Below, piece by piece: positions 9,165-19,191 of a stretch of 64,000 nt of DNA; the first letter of the stretch is position 1; every line of letters begins with the position of its first letter. The position numbers were made by a program, and so were the translations under genes. Source of the stretch: Clostridiales bacterium (GTDB lineage Bacteria > Bacillota > Clostridia > Christensenellales > JAISNN01); contig JAISOS010000004.1 in the NCBI GenBank assembly GCA_031275485.1, positions 2,163-66,162 of the forward strand, given 5' to 3'. Under the pieces are notes generated by a model that saw only the letters and a list, made by a program, of their open reading frames with translations, was not told where the DNA came from and did not search any database.

Positions 9165-12108
9165 CCTCGTAACCCGCGTCGGTTACGGCTCTTATCAAAT
9201 CGCCGTCCGGCACGTTTTCGGACAATTCGACGATTGCGGTTTTCGCGTTCAAATCAACGGCCGCCAGCGTTACGCCCCCGAGTTTTTCCAAGGCTTTTTT
9301 GACGGCGGAGCAGTGTCCGCAGGACATACCTTCGATTTTTATAGCTTTACGCATAATTTTTCCCTCCGGAATTTTATGTTTACCCGCCGCGATACGCAAT
9401 GCGGCATTTTTGCCGTCGGCAACGTCGATTTTGCCGCCGTTTTTTTCGTTTATTTCATTTTCTCCCGCCTTAAAATTTAAGGCGGCTTCCTCGTTTTCGC
9501 GACTGATTTTATTTTCGACTGCGGCAATGTTTAACCGGATGTTTTTATTGCGGTCACCATCGTTTTTTTGACTGACTTTTTCGCCGATTACCGTAATATT
9601 CACGGCTTTGCTTCCGTCGTTTCCGTCGCTCGCGTTTCCGGCTTCGCCGCCGTTTTTCCCCGCCGTTTTTTGCTTCGGTTTCCATAGATTAAGAGTCAGC
9701 GCGCCGGTCACGACCGAAACCGAACTGAGACTCATCGCGGCGGCGGCAATCATAGGATTCAAAAGCAAGCCCGTAAACGGATACAGCACGCCTGCGGCGA
9801 TAGGAATACACGCCGCGTTATAAAAAAACGCGAAAAACAAATTTTGTTTTATATTCCTGAGCGTAGCGCGGCTTAACGCTATCGCCGAGACCAAATCCGT
9901 CAAGTCGTTTTTCATCAGCACGACGTCGGCGGATTCGACCGCCACGTCCGTACCCGCGCCGATAGCTATCCCTACGTCGGCGCGCGCGAGGGCGGGCGCG
10001 TCGTTTATGCCGTCGCCGACCATCGCCGTTTTTTTGGAGGCGGCCATAAGCTTGCGGATTTTTTCCTCCTTATCGGCGGGCAGAACCTCGGCGTAAACCT
10101 TTTCTATACCCACCTCGGCGGCTATCGTCTCGGCGGTTTTGAGGTTGTCGCCCGTTATCATAACGACCTCGATACCCATCGCTTTCAACTCGCTCACCGC
10201 GCCTTTCGCGCTCGGCTTCACAACGTCCGCGACGGCGATTATTCCGAGTAATTCGCCGCCGTGAGCGAAGTACAGAGGCGTTTTCCCGCTCTCCGAAAAG
10301 ACGTTCCCGTAAGCGGAAAATTCTTCTATTTTCAACGGATCTATACCGGCGTTTTCCATAAGCTTCAGATTGCCTCCGCACGCGGTTTTGCCGTCTATAA
10401 TCGCCGTGATTCCCATACCGTGCAACATACGGAATCCGTCCGCTTGAACCGTCTCGGTTTTTAGGCTTTCGGCATACGCTGAAACCGCCTTCGAAAGCGG
10501 ATGATCGGACGGCTTTTCGAGCGACGCGGCAATCCTAAGCAGGCGCTCGGTATCGAAACAAACTATATCCGTCACGGAGGGTCTGCCCTCCGTGACGGTA
10601 CCGGTTTTATCCAGCGCGACGGCGTTTATATTGTGCGCGTTTTCGAGCGCTTCCGCAGATTTTATCAATATGCCGCAGGACGCCCCCCTTCCCGTACCCA
10701 CCATGACGGCGGTGGGCGTCGCGAGTCCGAGCGCGCAAGGGCAAGAAATGACCAGAACCGATATGCCGACGGACAGGGCGAACTCGAAAGATTCGCCCGC
10801 GATCAGCCATACGGCGGATGCAATCACGGCGATCGCTATGACGATCGGTACGAACACCGCGCTCACCTTGTCGGCAAGCTTTGCGATAGGAGCCTTGCTT
10901 GACGTCGCATCGTCAACAAGCCGTATAATTTTCGCGATTACCGTGTCCGCGCCCACCTTGACGGCGCGCATTTTGAAATATCCGGACTTTACTGCCGTCG
11001 CGCCCACGACCTTGCCGCCCTCCGTTTTGTCGACGGGGAGGCTTTCGCCCGTTATCGCGGATTCGTCTATAGACGCGCAACCCTCGACGATTTCACCGTC
11101 CGCAGGCACGGCGGCGCCCGCTCGAACCACGAGTATGTCGCCCGCCTCTATCTCGCTCGCGGGAACGACGGTTTCGATGCCGTCCTTTATAAGGCAGGCG
11201 GTTTTCGGGGTAAGGTTTACGAGTTTCATAAGCGCGGCGGAAGTGCGTCCCTTAGCCCGCGCTTCCAGAAACTTGCCGAGCGTAATGAGCGTGAGAATTA
11301 TACCCGCCGACTCGAAATACAAATTCTCTCGGAACGTCATAATTTCGGTCATACCGTGAGCCGCCGATGCATAGGCTATGCCGTATACGGCGTATATACC
11401 GTATACCGTCGCCGCCGACGCGCCTAAGGCGATCAGCGAATCCATGTTCGGAGAGCCTTTGAATAGGCTTTTGAAGCCGTTTATAAAGTATTTGTGGTTT
11501 ATATAGAGCACGGGTAGCAACAGCAAAAACTGCGTGAACGCGAACGGAGAGGCGTTGCTCATGCCGTCGAGAAAGGACGGCACGGACAGCCCAAGCATGT
11601 GTCCCATAGCGAGATACAAAAGCGGCGCGGAAAAAACGGCGGAGGTTATGAGCCGGATAAGCATAGCGCGGTATTCCTCGCGGATTCTTTTGTCCGCACC
11701 CGCTCCGACGGTTTTTCCGCTTCTCGGCTCCGCGTTTATGTAGGTCGTGTTTTGGGGCTGTGATTCCGCGTTTAAAGAATTTACAGAGCCTTCCGCCGCC
11801 GCAGTTTTTCCATGCCGCGATTTCCCGTTCGTATCAACCGAATATTCGGCTTTCTCACGGGATAGTCCCGCGCCGGCAGTTCTGCCGCCGTAATCGTCGT
11901 CGGACTCCGCGCCGTAACCGGCCTTTTCCACTGCGGAAATTATGCCGTCCGCGCTTAACAAGGTCTCGTCGTAAGTTACCGCCGCGCTGTTTTTCAGCAG
12001 ATTTACGGAAACCGCGCTTACTCCCGCAAGTCTTGAGAGGGTTTTCTCGATTTTCGCGGCGCAGGCTACGCAGGACATTCCCGAAATATTGAATTTATTT
12101 TTTTGCAT
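9112..12108 (-). CDS. copA: copper-translocating P1B-type ATPase with N-terminal HMA domain and an in-frame C-terminal CopZ-like HMA domain
   Basis: GMSCVACAAKIE (HMA 1), SCPCALGLATP (CPC), LDKTGTVTEG, VGDGINDAPAL, and a C-terminal IEGMSCGHCSAVKKAL (HMA 2). The start is set at the ATG at 12108 (MQKNKFNISG), with AAGGA 7 nt upstream, rather than the ORF-track start at 12165. Confidence 0.9.
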   Translation of the reverse strand: MQKNKFNISGMSCVACAAKIEKTLSRLAGVSAVSVNLLKNSAAVTYDETLLSADGIISAVEKAGYGAESDDDYGGRTAGAGLSREKAEYSVDTNGKSRHGKTAAAEGSVNSLNAESQPQNTTYINAEPRSGKTVGAGADKRIREEYRAMLIRLITSAVFSAPLLYLAMGHMLGLSVPSFLDGMSNASPFAFTQFLLLLPVLYINHKYFINGFKSLFKGSPNMDSLIALGASAATVYGIYAVYGIAYASAAHGMTEIMTFRENLYFESAGIILTLITLGKFLEARAKGRTSAALMKLVNLTPKTACLIKDGIETVVPASEIEAGDILVVRAGAAVPADGEIVEGCASIDESAITGESLPVDKTEGGKVVGATAVKSGYFKMRAVKVGADTVIAKIIRLVDDATSSKAPIAKLADKVSAVFVPIVIAIAVIASAVWLIAGESFEFALSVGISVLVISCPCALGLATPTAVMVGTGRGASCGILIKSAEALENAHNINAVALDKTGTVTEGRPSVTDIVCFDTERLLRIAASLEKPSDHPLSKAVSAYAESLKTETVQADGFRMLHGMGITAIIDGKTACGGNLKLMENAGIDPLKIEEFSAYGNVFSESGKTPLYFAHGGELLGIIAVADVVKPSAKGAVSELKAMGIEVVMITGDNLKTAETIAAEVGIEKVYAEVLPADKEEKIRKLMAASKKTAMVGDGINDAPALARADVGIAIGAGTDVAVESADVVLMKNDLTDLVSAIALSRATLRNIKQNLFFAFFYNAACIPIAAGVLYPFTGLLLNPMIAAAAMSLSSVSVVTGALTLNLWKPKQKTAGKNGGEAGNASDGNDGSKAVNITVIGEKVSQKNDGDRNKNIRLNIAAVENKISRENEEAALNFKAGENEINEKNGGKIDVADGKNAALRIAAGKHKIPEGKIMRKAIKIEGMSCGHCSAVKKALEKLGGVTLAAVDLNAKTAIVELSENVPDGDLIRAVTDAGYEAVLVKLLNSASHNLKEI

Positions 12109-12325
12109 CTTTACATCCTTTACCGAGGATTCCGAAATCTTTGCGATAAATAAACGCCGCCGCATATAATTTTATCGCGCAAATTCCGGTCTCCAAAAAA
12201 TATTTCCGCGGCGTTCAGTCCAAACGGAGCTAAAAACGCCGGGATTTTTTAAAAATGTGCACCCGGCACAGCAATAATTTATAAGAAAATTTTCGGATCC
12301 AGCGCCCGTCGTTTTTATGCCGCTT

Positions 12326-15300
12326 TTATTTTATCTTTTCTAAGGAAAATTCCACATTCACGCCGTTTATATCCCAGACCTTCCTATATCCGTTCTCGAA
12401 AAGCCCCTCGCGGATTTCGTCCGCAAGCACGTCCGCGCAAATTTTACCTTTCGCGAGTATTTTCGCGTATTCGCGGTCGGCGGTTTTGAAGCCTATTTTT
12501 ATGCGGTCCGTAACCTCGAATCCGGCCTCCTTTCTCATAGCTTGCAACTTGCTGACAAGCTCTCTGACGTTGCCCTCCTCAATTAATTCGGGAGTGAGGT
12601 TGGCGTCCAAGACGACGGTGAGCGACGCGTCGGATTCGGCGATAAAGCCCTCCTTGTTTATCGGGGAAATCAGCAAATCGCCCTCCGTAAACTCGACCGC
12701 CTCGCCGTCCATAACACCCCTGAATACGCCCTTGTTTTTTAGGGCGGCGACGACGGCATACGCGTCCAAAGACGCGAGATAGTTTTTTACGCGTCCTATT
12801 TTCGTGCCGAATTTAGGTCCCAAAACCTTTAACAGGGGCTTTAAATCGTAATTTAAGAATTTTTCGTCGTTGACTATATGTGAAATTCTTTTTACATTGA
12901 TTTCGTCTTTTATAAGCTCGGTCAGTTCCTCGCCTAGCGCGACGTCCTCCGCCGTGTTTTTTAGGAACAATTCCGGAAGAGGCCGGCGGTTTTTTATAGC
13001 GGCCTTGCTACGGCACATCCTCGCAAGCTCGACGATTTTAAGGACGTAATCCATGCCGCGTTGTAATCCGTCGTCGATACGGCTTTCGTCGCATTTCGGA
13101 TAGTCGCAAAGATGCACGCTTACGGGCGCGCCGGCAAAGAAATTCGCGGTGATATTGTCGTAGATTTGCTCCGCGACAAAGGGCGTGAAAGGCGCGATAA
13201 GCTTGGCAAGCTCGGAGAGTACGGTGTAAAGCGTCATATACGCCGACTTTTTGTCCTCGCTCATCTCGCTCCCCCAATACCGCTCCCGCGAACGCCTGAC
13301 ATACCAATTGCTTAAACCGTCCGTAAACTCCTGAATACGCCTCGCGCTCTCGGTAATTTTGTATTCGCTCAAACTCTCGTCCGTAAACTTTATGAGCGAA
13401 TGTAAATTAGATAAAATCCATCTATCCAAGAGAGAAAGATCGCAGTCCTTTAAATCGTATTTCGACGGGTCGAATTTGTCTATCTCCGCATACAGAACAT
13501 AGAAAGCGTAGACGTTCCAAAGCGTACCCATAAACTTTCTCTGCGACTCGCTCACCGCCTCGCCGTAAAAATTCGACGGAATCCACGGCGGACTGACAGT
13601 GTAGAAGTACCACCGCACCGCGTCCGCGCCCTGCTTGTCGAGAACCGTCCATGGGTCTACGACGTTGCCCTTGTGTTTGCTCATTTTCACGCCGTCCTTG
13701 TCGTTGATATGTCCCAAAACTATGCAGTTTTTAAAGGACGGCTTGTCGTCGAAAAGCAACGTTGAAACCGCGAGTAGCGTGTAAAACCATCCCCTCGTCT
13801 GATCTACCGCTTCGCTTATGAAATCGGCGGGATAGCGCTTCTCGAAAATTTCCTTGTTTTTAAAAGGATAATTCCACTGCGCGAAAGGCATAGAACCGCT
13901 GTCGTACCAGCAGTCTATGACCTCCTTAGTGCGCTTAAAAACACCGCCGCATCGGCATTTGAAGGTTACCGCGTCCACGTAAGGCTTGTGGAGTTCTATG
14001 TCCTTGCCGCCCGACAGCTCCGTCAATTCGGCCTTGCTGCCAACGACGCGCATACTGCCGCAGTCGCCGCATATCCAGATAGGCAGCGGCGTGCCCCAAT
14101 ACCTCTCCCGCGAAAGACTCCAATCCTGCACCTCGTCCAAAAAATTCCCCATTCTGCCCGATCCGATCGCGGGCGGAATCCAATTGACGGAGGCGTTGTT
14201 TTTCAAAAGTTTCTCCCTCACTTCGGTCATTTTTATAAACCAACTCGAACGCGCATAGTACAAAATCGGCGTGTCGCACCGCCAGCAAAAAGGGTAGCTG
14301 TGCTCGTACATCAGTTCCTTAAACAACAAATTTTTTTCTTTGAGAATTTTTATAAGCGTCTTGTCGGCGTCCTTCGCGAACATTCCCTTTACGTCTTCCG
14401 CCGCGTCGGTGAAACGCCCGCGCTCGTCTACGGCTTGAACGAAAGGCAGTCCGTAAGCCTTGCCCACCTCGGAGTCGTCCTGACCGAAAGCGGGCGCGAT
14501 ATGCACTATGCCGGTGCCGTCCGAAAGCGTTACGAAGTCGGCGCAGGTCACGTAATACGCTTTCTCGCCGTCCTCTATGCCTACGTCGTAATCGAATTGT
14601 TTCTCGTATTCCGCGTATTCGTACTCCCTACCCTTGAGGCTCTCGATTACCGCATATTCGCCTTCGCCGAACAGCGTCGGGATAAGCGCGTCCGCGAGTA
14701 TATAAAACTCGTTTCCCACGGCGATTTTGGAGTATTTTTCCTTAGGGTTGACGCACAGCGCGACGTTCGAAGGCAACGTCCACGGCGTGGTCGTCCACGC
14801 GAGAAAATATTCGTTCTTCCTTCCTTTTACGCGGAATTTTACGTAGACGGATTTTTCCTTGACCGGCTTGTAACCCTGCGCGATTTCATGGGAAGAAAGC
14901 GCGGTGCCGCAACGCGGACAATACGGGACGATTTTATGACCTTTGTATATCAAGCCCTTATCGAAAATCCGCTTCAGCGACCACCAAACCGATTCGATAT
15001 AGCCGTCGTCATAGGTTATATACGGGTCGTCCATATCCATAAAATAACCCACGCGCTCGCTCATTCGCTCCCATTCGCCCTTGTATTTCCAGACGCTTTC
15101 TTTGCATTTCTTTATAAAAGGCTCTACGCCGTAACGTTCTATATCCGACTTGCCGTCCAAGCCGAGCGTCTTTTCCACCTCGATTTCGACGGGCAATCCG
15201 TGCGTGTCCCAGCCCGCCTTTCTCAAAACGTTATAGCCCTTCATGCTCTTATAACGCGGAATTATGTCCTTTATTACGCGCGTCAAAATATGCCCTATGT

Positions 15301-15463
15301 GCGGTTTGCCGTTCGCCGTGGGCGGTCCGTCGTAAAAGGTGAATTCGGGCTTACCCTCGCCCCTCTCGACGGTTTTTTTGAATATGCCGTTGTCCTTCCA
15401 AAATTGCAGAATTTCTTTCTCTCTCTCGCAGAAATTCATATCGGCGGCGACTTTTTTGTACAT
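12326..15463 (-). CDS. ileS: isoleucine--tRNA ligase (long, type-2-like form)
   Basis: HIGH motif PPTANGKPHIGHIL, KMSKS-like VKMSKHKGNV. 1045 aa. Confidence 0.95.
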   Translation of the reverse strand: MYKKVAADMNFCEREKEILQFWKDNGIFKKTVERGEGKPEFTFYDGPPTANGKPHIGHILTRVIKDIIPRYKSMKGYNVLRKAGWDTHGLPVEIEVEKTLGLDGKSDIERYGVEPFIKKCKESVWKYKGEWERMSERVGYFMDMDDPYITYDDGYIESVWWSLKRIFDKGLIYKGHKIVPYCPRCGTALSSHEIAQGYKPVKEKSVYVKFRVKGRKNEYFLAWTTTPWTLPSNVALCVNPKEKYSKIAVGNEFYILADALIPTLFGEGEYAVIESLKGREYEYAEYEKQFDYDVGIEDGEKAYYVTCADFVTLSDGTGIVHIAPAFGQDDSEVGKAYGLPFVQAVDERGRFTDAAEDVKGMFAKDADKTLIKILKEKNLLFKELMYEHSYPFCWRCDTPILYYARSSWFIKMTEVREKLLKNNASVNWIPPAIGSGRMGNFLDEVQDWSLSRERYWGTPLPIWICGDCGSMRVVGSKAELTELSGGKDIELHKPYVDAVTFKCRCGGVFKRTKEVIDCWYDSGSMPFAQWNYPFKNKEIFEKRYPADFISEAVDQTRGWFYTLLAVSTLLFDDKPSFKNCIVLGHINDKDGVKMSKHKGNVVDPWTVLDKQGADAVRWYFYTVSPPWIPSNFYGEAVSESQRKFMGTLWNVYAFYVLYAEIDKFDPSKYDLKDCDLSLLDRWILSNLHSLIKFTDESLSEYKITESARRIQEFTDGLSNWYVRRSRERYWGSEMSEDKKSAYMTLYTVLSELAKLIAPFTPFVAEQIYDNITANFFAGAPVSVHLCDYPKCDESRIDDGLQRGMDYVLKIVELARMCRSKAAIKNRRPLPELFLKNTAEDVALGEELTELIKDEINVKRISHIVNDEKFLNYDLKPLLKVLGPKFGTKIGRVKNYLASLDAYAVVAALKNKGVFRGVMDGEAVEFTEGDLLISPINKEGFIAESDASLTVVLDANLTPELIEEGNVRELVSKLQAMRKEAGFEVTDRIKIGFKTADREYAKILAKGKICADVLADEIREGLFENGYRKVWDINGVNVEFSLEKIK

Positions 15464-15734
15464 CGTATCTCCTCCAAGTATGCGTTAAATTTTTTTTATA
15501 AAGAGGTTTTTTCCAAGCGCTCTTTCCTTTCCGAAAAGCTCTAATATTTTTATTTATTCCGTTTAATAATTCTATTTGGCGATTCTAAGTGAAACGGGCG
15601 GCGGCGCGTCCGCATAAAACGCGTTATACCCTCACGCTCATGCGGGCAATTCAAGCCGTACTCCCTATGCGGTTTCAAAAAACTAATTCGCCGCATTAAT
15701 AAAATAAGGAGATCTTTTGAGAAAACAGGGGTAC
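15464..15734 (-). promoter_or_regulatory. long 5' leader of ileS (possible T-box-type leader, not verified)
   Basis: 270-nt gap. The minus strand has nested ATGCGG/CCGCAT stems, an AGGGAGTA segment and an AATCG (AUC, Ile) candidate. No canonical T-box sequence was recognised. Confidence 0.3.
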
Positions 15735-15770
15735 GGGTGAAAATTTTTCTTGGAAAAAAATTTCTTCCGC
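15735..15770 (-). terminator. degenerate copy of the palindromic element, probable dapL terminator
   Basis: GGGTGAAAATTTTTCTTGGAAAAAAATTTCTTCCGC, 24 bp after the dapL stop. Confidence 0.45.
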
Positions 15771-15793
15771 AAAGACTTTTAAGAATAAATCTC

Positions 15794-16975
15794 TCACGCT
15801 TTAAACTCGGCTAATTTTTGTACGGCTTTCAGAGTATTTTCGCGGCTGTTGAACGCGGTTAGGCGGAAAAAGTTTTTTCCGGTATCGCCGAAACCCGCGC
15901 CGGGCGTACCGACGACGCCGCAGGATGTTAGAAGGCGGTCGAAAAATTCCCACGATTCAAGTCCGCCGAAACACTCGAACCATATGTAAGGAGAGTTTTT
16001 ACCGCCCGTATGGTACGCGCCCCGCGCGGTAAGCGCGCGGCTTATGACGTTCGCGTTGTCCATATAATAGGCTATGTTTTTTCGTATTTCGACCATTCCC
16101 GCCGGAGAAAAAACCGCCTCCGCGCCGCGTTGCACGATATAGGAAACGCCGTTGAATTTGGTCGCCTGCCGTCTGCGCCAGAGCGCGTTTAATTTAACCC
16201 CTCCGCGCGCGAGGGCTTCGGGCACGACGGTATAGCCGCATCTCACGCCCGTAAAGCCCGCCGTCTTAGAGAGTGAGCAGAATTCTATCGCGCATTCCTT
16301 AGCGCCCTCGATTTGGAATATGCTGGTCGGCAGAGCTTCGTCGGACACGAAACATTCGTATGCCGCGTCGAACAGTATCACCGCGTCGTTTTTAAGAGCG
16401 TAATCGACCCAGAGTTTTAAATCCGCCGCGTCGTACACCGCGCCCGTAGGATTGTTCGGCGAGCAAAGGTAGATTATATCCGCTTTTACGGCGGAATCCG
16501 GCAACGGCAAAAACCCGTTTTCCTTAGAGGCGCGCGCGTAAACGATTTTTCTGCCGTTCATAAGATTAGTGTCCGCGTAAACGGGATATACGGGATTTGG
16601 GATAAGCGCCGTATTGTCCGTGCCGAAAATGTCGGTTATGTTGCTTAAATCGGATTTCGCGCCGTCGCCGATAAAAATTTCGCCGATATTCAGCGCGACG
16701 TTTTTCGCGGCGTAATAGGCGGCCACCGCCTCCTTTAAAAAAGCATAGCCCTGTTCGTCGTCGTAGCCGCGGAAGGTTTCCTTTGCGCCCATCTCGCCGC
16801 CGGCCTTTTTCAGAGCCTCGACGACTGTCGGCACTAACGGCAGGGTTACGTCGCCTATCCCTAAGCGTATGATTTCTTTGTCGGGATTCGCCGCCTTATG
16901 CGCCTTAACTCTTTTGGCTATCTCCGCGAAAAGATAGTTTTCACCGAGCTTTAAATAATTTTCGTTTATTTTCAT
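15794..16975 (-). CDS. dapL: LL-diaminopimelate aminotransferase
   Basis: The N-terminus MKINENYLKLGENYLFAEIAKRVKAHKAANPDKEIIRLGIGDVTLPL is characteristic of DapL. PLP-aminotransferase fold with the lysine motif SLSKTAGFTG. Confidence 0.85.
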   Translation of the reverse strand: MKINENYLKLGENYLFAEIAKRVKAHKAANPDKEIIRLGIGDVTLPLVPTVVEALKKAGGEMGAKETFRGYDDEQGYAFLKEAVAAYYAAKNVALNIGEIFIGDGAKSDLSNITDIFGTDNTALIPNPVYPVYADTNLMNGRKIVYARASKENGFLPLPDSAVKADIIYLCSPNNPTGAVYDAADLKLWVDYALKNDAVILFDAAYECFVSDEALPTSIFQIEGAKECAIEFCSLSKTAGFTGVRCGYTVVPEALARGGVKLNALWRRRQATKFNGVSYIVQRGAEAVFSPAGMVEIRKNIAYYMDNANVISRALTARGAYHTGGKNSPYIWFECFGGLESWEFFDRLLTSCGVVGTPGAGFGDTGKNFFRLTAFNSRENTLKAVQKLAEFKA

Positions 16976-17073
16976 AAATACGGACTCCGTTTGTTTTTAT
17001 TTTTATTTTTATTTTATCCTTATATTAATTCCGTTATAATAATATAATTATCCGAAAGTTTTCGGAAATGGGT

Positions 17074-17111
17074 GCGGGAAAAAGCCTCTTTTTAAAAAAG
17101 GTTTCCTACGC
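17074..17111 (-). terminator. palindromic element copy, probable pyrG terminator
   Basis: GCGGGAAAAAGCCTCTTTTTAAAAAAGGTTTCCTACGC, 33 bp after the pyrG stop. Confidence 0.55.
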
Positions 17112-17143
17112 GTAATCCTAAACGTCTCGCAAATCTCCGCGCG

Positions 17144-18748
17144 CTAACTCTCGGCTTTTTTTATCGCGTTCCTCAAAAATTCGACGAATAGCGGATGGGG
17201 ATTGTTCGGGCGCGATTTAAATTCTGGATGGAATTGCACTCCGATAAAAAAATCGTGACCGTCAAGCTCGACCGCCTCGACGACGTTCATATCGGGAGAA
17301 GCGCCGCACACCGTAAGTCCCGCCCGTTCGGCGCGTTCTCTGTAATCGTTGTTGAATTCGTAGCGGTGGCGGTGGCGTTCGCTTATCATTTCCTTTCCGT
17401 AGGCTCTGAACATAAGCGTATCCTGCTTAATCTTGCAGGGATAACGCCCCAGCCGCAACGTGCCGCCCATCTTTATTTTAGAGTGTTGGTCGGGCAGAAA
17501 ATCTATGACGAGATTCGCGCTTTTTTCGTCGAACTCGCGGGAATTAGCGTCCGCGATTTTTAGCACGTTACGCGCGAACTCGATAACCGCTATCTGCATA
17601 CCCAGGCAAAGCCCGAGATAAGGCACGTTGTTCTCTCTCGCGTATTTGCACGCCGCGATTTTGCCCTCCACACCGCGATAGCCAAAGCCGCCCGGAATTA
17701 CGACGCCAGCGCACCCGCCGAGTATTTCGGCGGCGTTTTTACGTGTGATGCTCTCGCTGTCTATCCAATCGATTTCGATCCGGCGTTTTTTGGAATAGCC
17801 CGCGTGCTTCAACGCTTCGACTACTGAGAGATACGCGTCGTGCAATTTCACGTATTTTCCGATTAACGCGATTTTGACGTTTTTTTCGCTCGCGTTAACG
17901 TTATCGAGCATAGCCTCCCACGCGACGGTATCCGCGTCCTCCTCGGAGTCTAAGCTCAAAAGACGGCAAACCACCGTATCCAGCCCGTTGTTTTTCAGCA
18001 TAATGGGCGCCTCGTAAAGACAAGGCAGAGTGAGATTTTCGATTACGCAATCCTTTTTGACATTACAAAAGAGCGCGATTTTTTCCTTTATTTCGTTGGG
18101 TATCGCCTCGTCGGAGCGCGCGACTATTATGTCGGGAGAAATACCCAGAGACTGCAACTCTTTGACCGAATGCTGCGTAGGTTTCGACTTATGTTCGCCC
18201 GCGAAAGCGAGATAGGGCACGAGTGTAACGTGGATAAAAAGGCAATTCCCGCGCCCGACGTCGAGCTGAATCTGACGTATCGCCTCCAAAAACGGCTGGC
18301 TCTCGATGTCGCCCGTCGTGCCGCCGATTTCGATAATCATAACGTCCGCTTGGAACGCCTCCGCGCCGCTGAATATGAATTCCTTAATTTCGTTCGTAAC
18401 GTGCGGAATGACCTGTATCGTCTGCCCTAAATACTTCCCCTCTCGCTCCTTATTTATAACGTTGTAGTAAACCCTGCCGCTAGTAAGATTTGAATATTTA
18501 TTTAAATCAATGTTTATAAACCGTTCGTAGTGCCCCAAATCCAAATCGGTTTCCGCGCCGTCCTCCGTGACGTAGACCTCGCCGTGCTGGTAAGGACTCA
18601 TCGTGCCGGGATCAACGTTTATATAGGGATCAAGCTTTATTACGCCCACCTTAAATCCGCGCGCTTTGAGCAATAACCCGAGCGACGCCGCCGTTATACC
18701 CTTGCCTAAACCCGAAACCACGCCGCCCGTAACAAAAATGTATTTCAT
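17144..18748 (-). CDS. pyrG: CTP synthase
   Basis: [19 protein letters not shown]-terminus and the GATase motif GLCLGMQ. 534 aa. Confidence 0.95.
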   Translation of the reverse strand: MKYIFVTGGVVSGLGKGITAASLGLLLKARGFKVGVIKLDPYINVDPGTMSPYQHGEVYVTEDGAETDLDLGHYERFINIDLNKYSNLTSGRVYYNVINKEREGKYLGQTIQVIPHVTNEIKEFIFSGAEAFQADVMIIEIGGTTGDIESQPFLEAIRQIQLDVGRGNCLFIHVTLVPYLAFAGEHKSKPTQHSVKELQSLGISPDIIVARSDEAIPNEIKEKIALFCNVKKDCVIENLTLPCLYEAPIMLKNNGLDTVVCRLLSLDSEEDADTVAWEAMLDNVNASEKNVKIALIGKYVKLHDAYLSVVEALKHAGYSKKRRIEIDWIDSESITRKNAAEILGGCAGVVIPGGFGYRGVEGKIAACKYARENNVPYLGLCLGMQIAVIEFARNVLKIADANSREFDEKSANLVIDFLPDQHSKIKMGGTLRLGRYPCKIKQDTLMFRAYGKEMISERHRHRYEFNNDYRERAERAGLTVCGASPDMNVVEAVELDGHDFFIGVQFHPEFKSRPNNPHPLFVEFLRNAIKKAES

Positions 18749-18955
18749 AATCTATATCTATCTCCTTTCATAACCGTAAATAATTATTTTAGAAGGGAAT
18801 TACTCTAAATTTACCGTCCGCTTGTTTTCGGAAGGCTTTTAGGTTGAGCTTATATGCGGCGCGCGGTCTTTCTTTAACGGCGTTTTTTGCGTCCTTTCCG
18901 TATCCATTTCTTTCGCCTTTTGCGATACGATATAACGGTCTTTTTTAAACCGGAA

Positions 18956-19053
18956 TAATTAGTGTTGCCAAATCTTTGTCACGGCGAAAATCAAGGGGGC
19001 AAAAAGCCAGCGTTTTCAACGGTTTACGCCGTCTGCCACATCATTCCCACTCG
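18956..19053. repeat. att-type direct repeat, distal copy (displaced copy of the guaA 3' end and downstream region)
   Basis: 89 of 98 positions are identical to 28547-28644 by my manual count. It ends with GCCACATCATTCCCACTCG, which contains an orphan copy of the ...EWE-stop end of guaA. Confidence 0.8.
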
Positions 19054-19191
19054 CTCTTAACGAGCGTTTCTTAAACAATCTTGTTTAGATGATGTGGTTC
19101 GCATTATTCTAATTACATCAGTTATCCATAGATTATTGGCTATCTGATTTTTTGTTGCCAAAATGTTGCCGGAGATACAGGCAACCACTGC

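Noticed and set aside
13988-15544. 518-aa plus-strand ORF, and similar long antisense ORFs at 5660-6562, 10592-11359, 33813-34757, 38826-39467, 44619-45227, 48304-48918, 59113-59637 and 62704-63333.
   Set aside because: Each lies entirely antisense to a gene with unmistakable conserved motifs (ileS, valS, copA, carB, purF and others). Their translations are R/V/F-rich low-complexity sequence with no recognisable domain. This is typical of stop-codon-poor antisense frames in GC-biased coding DNA.
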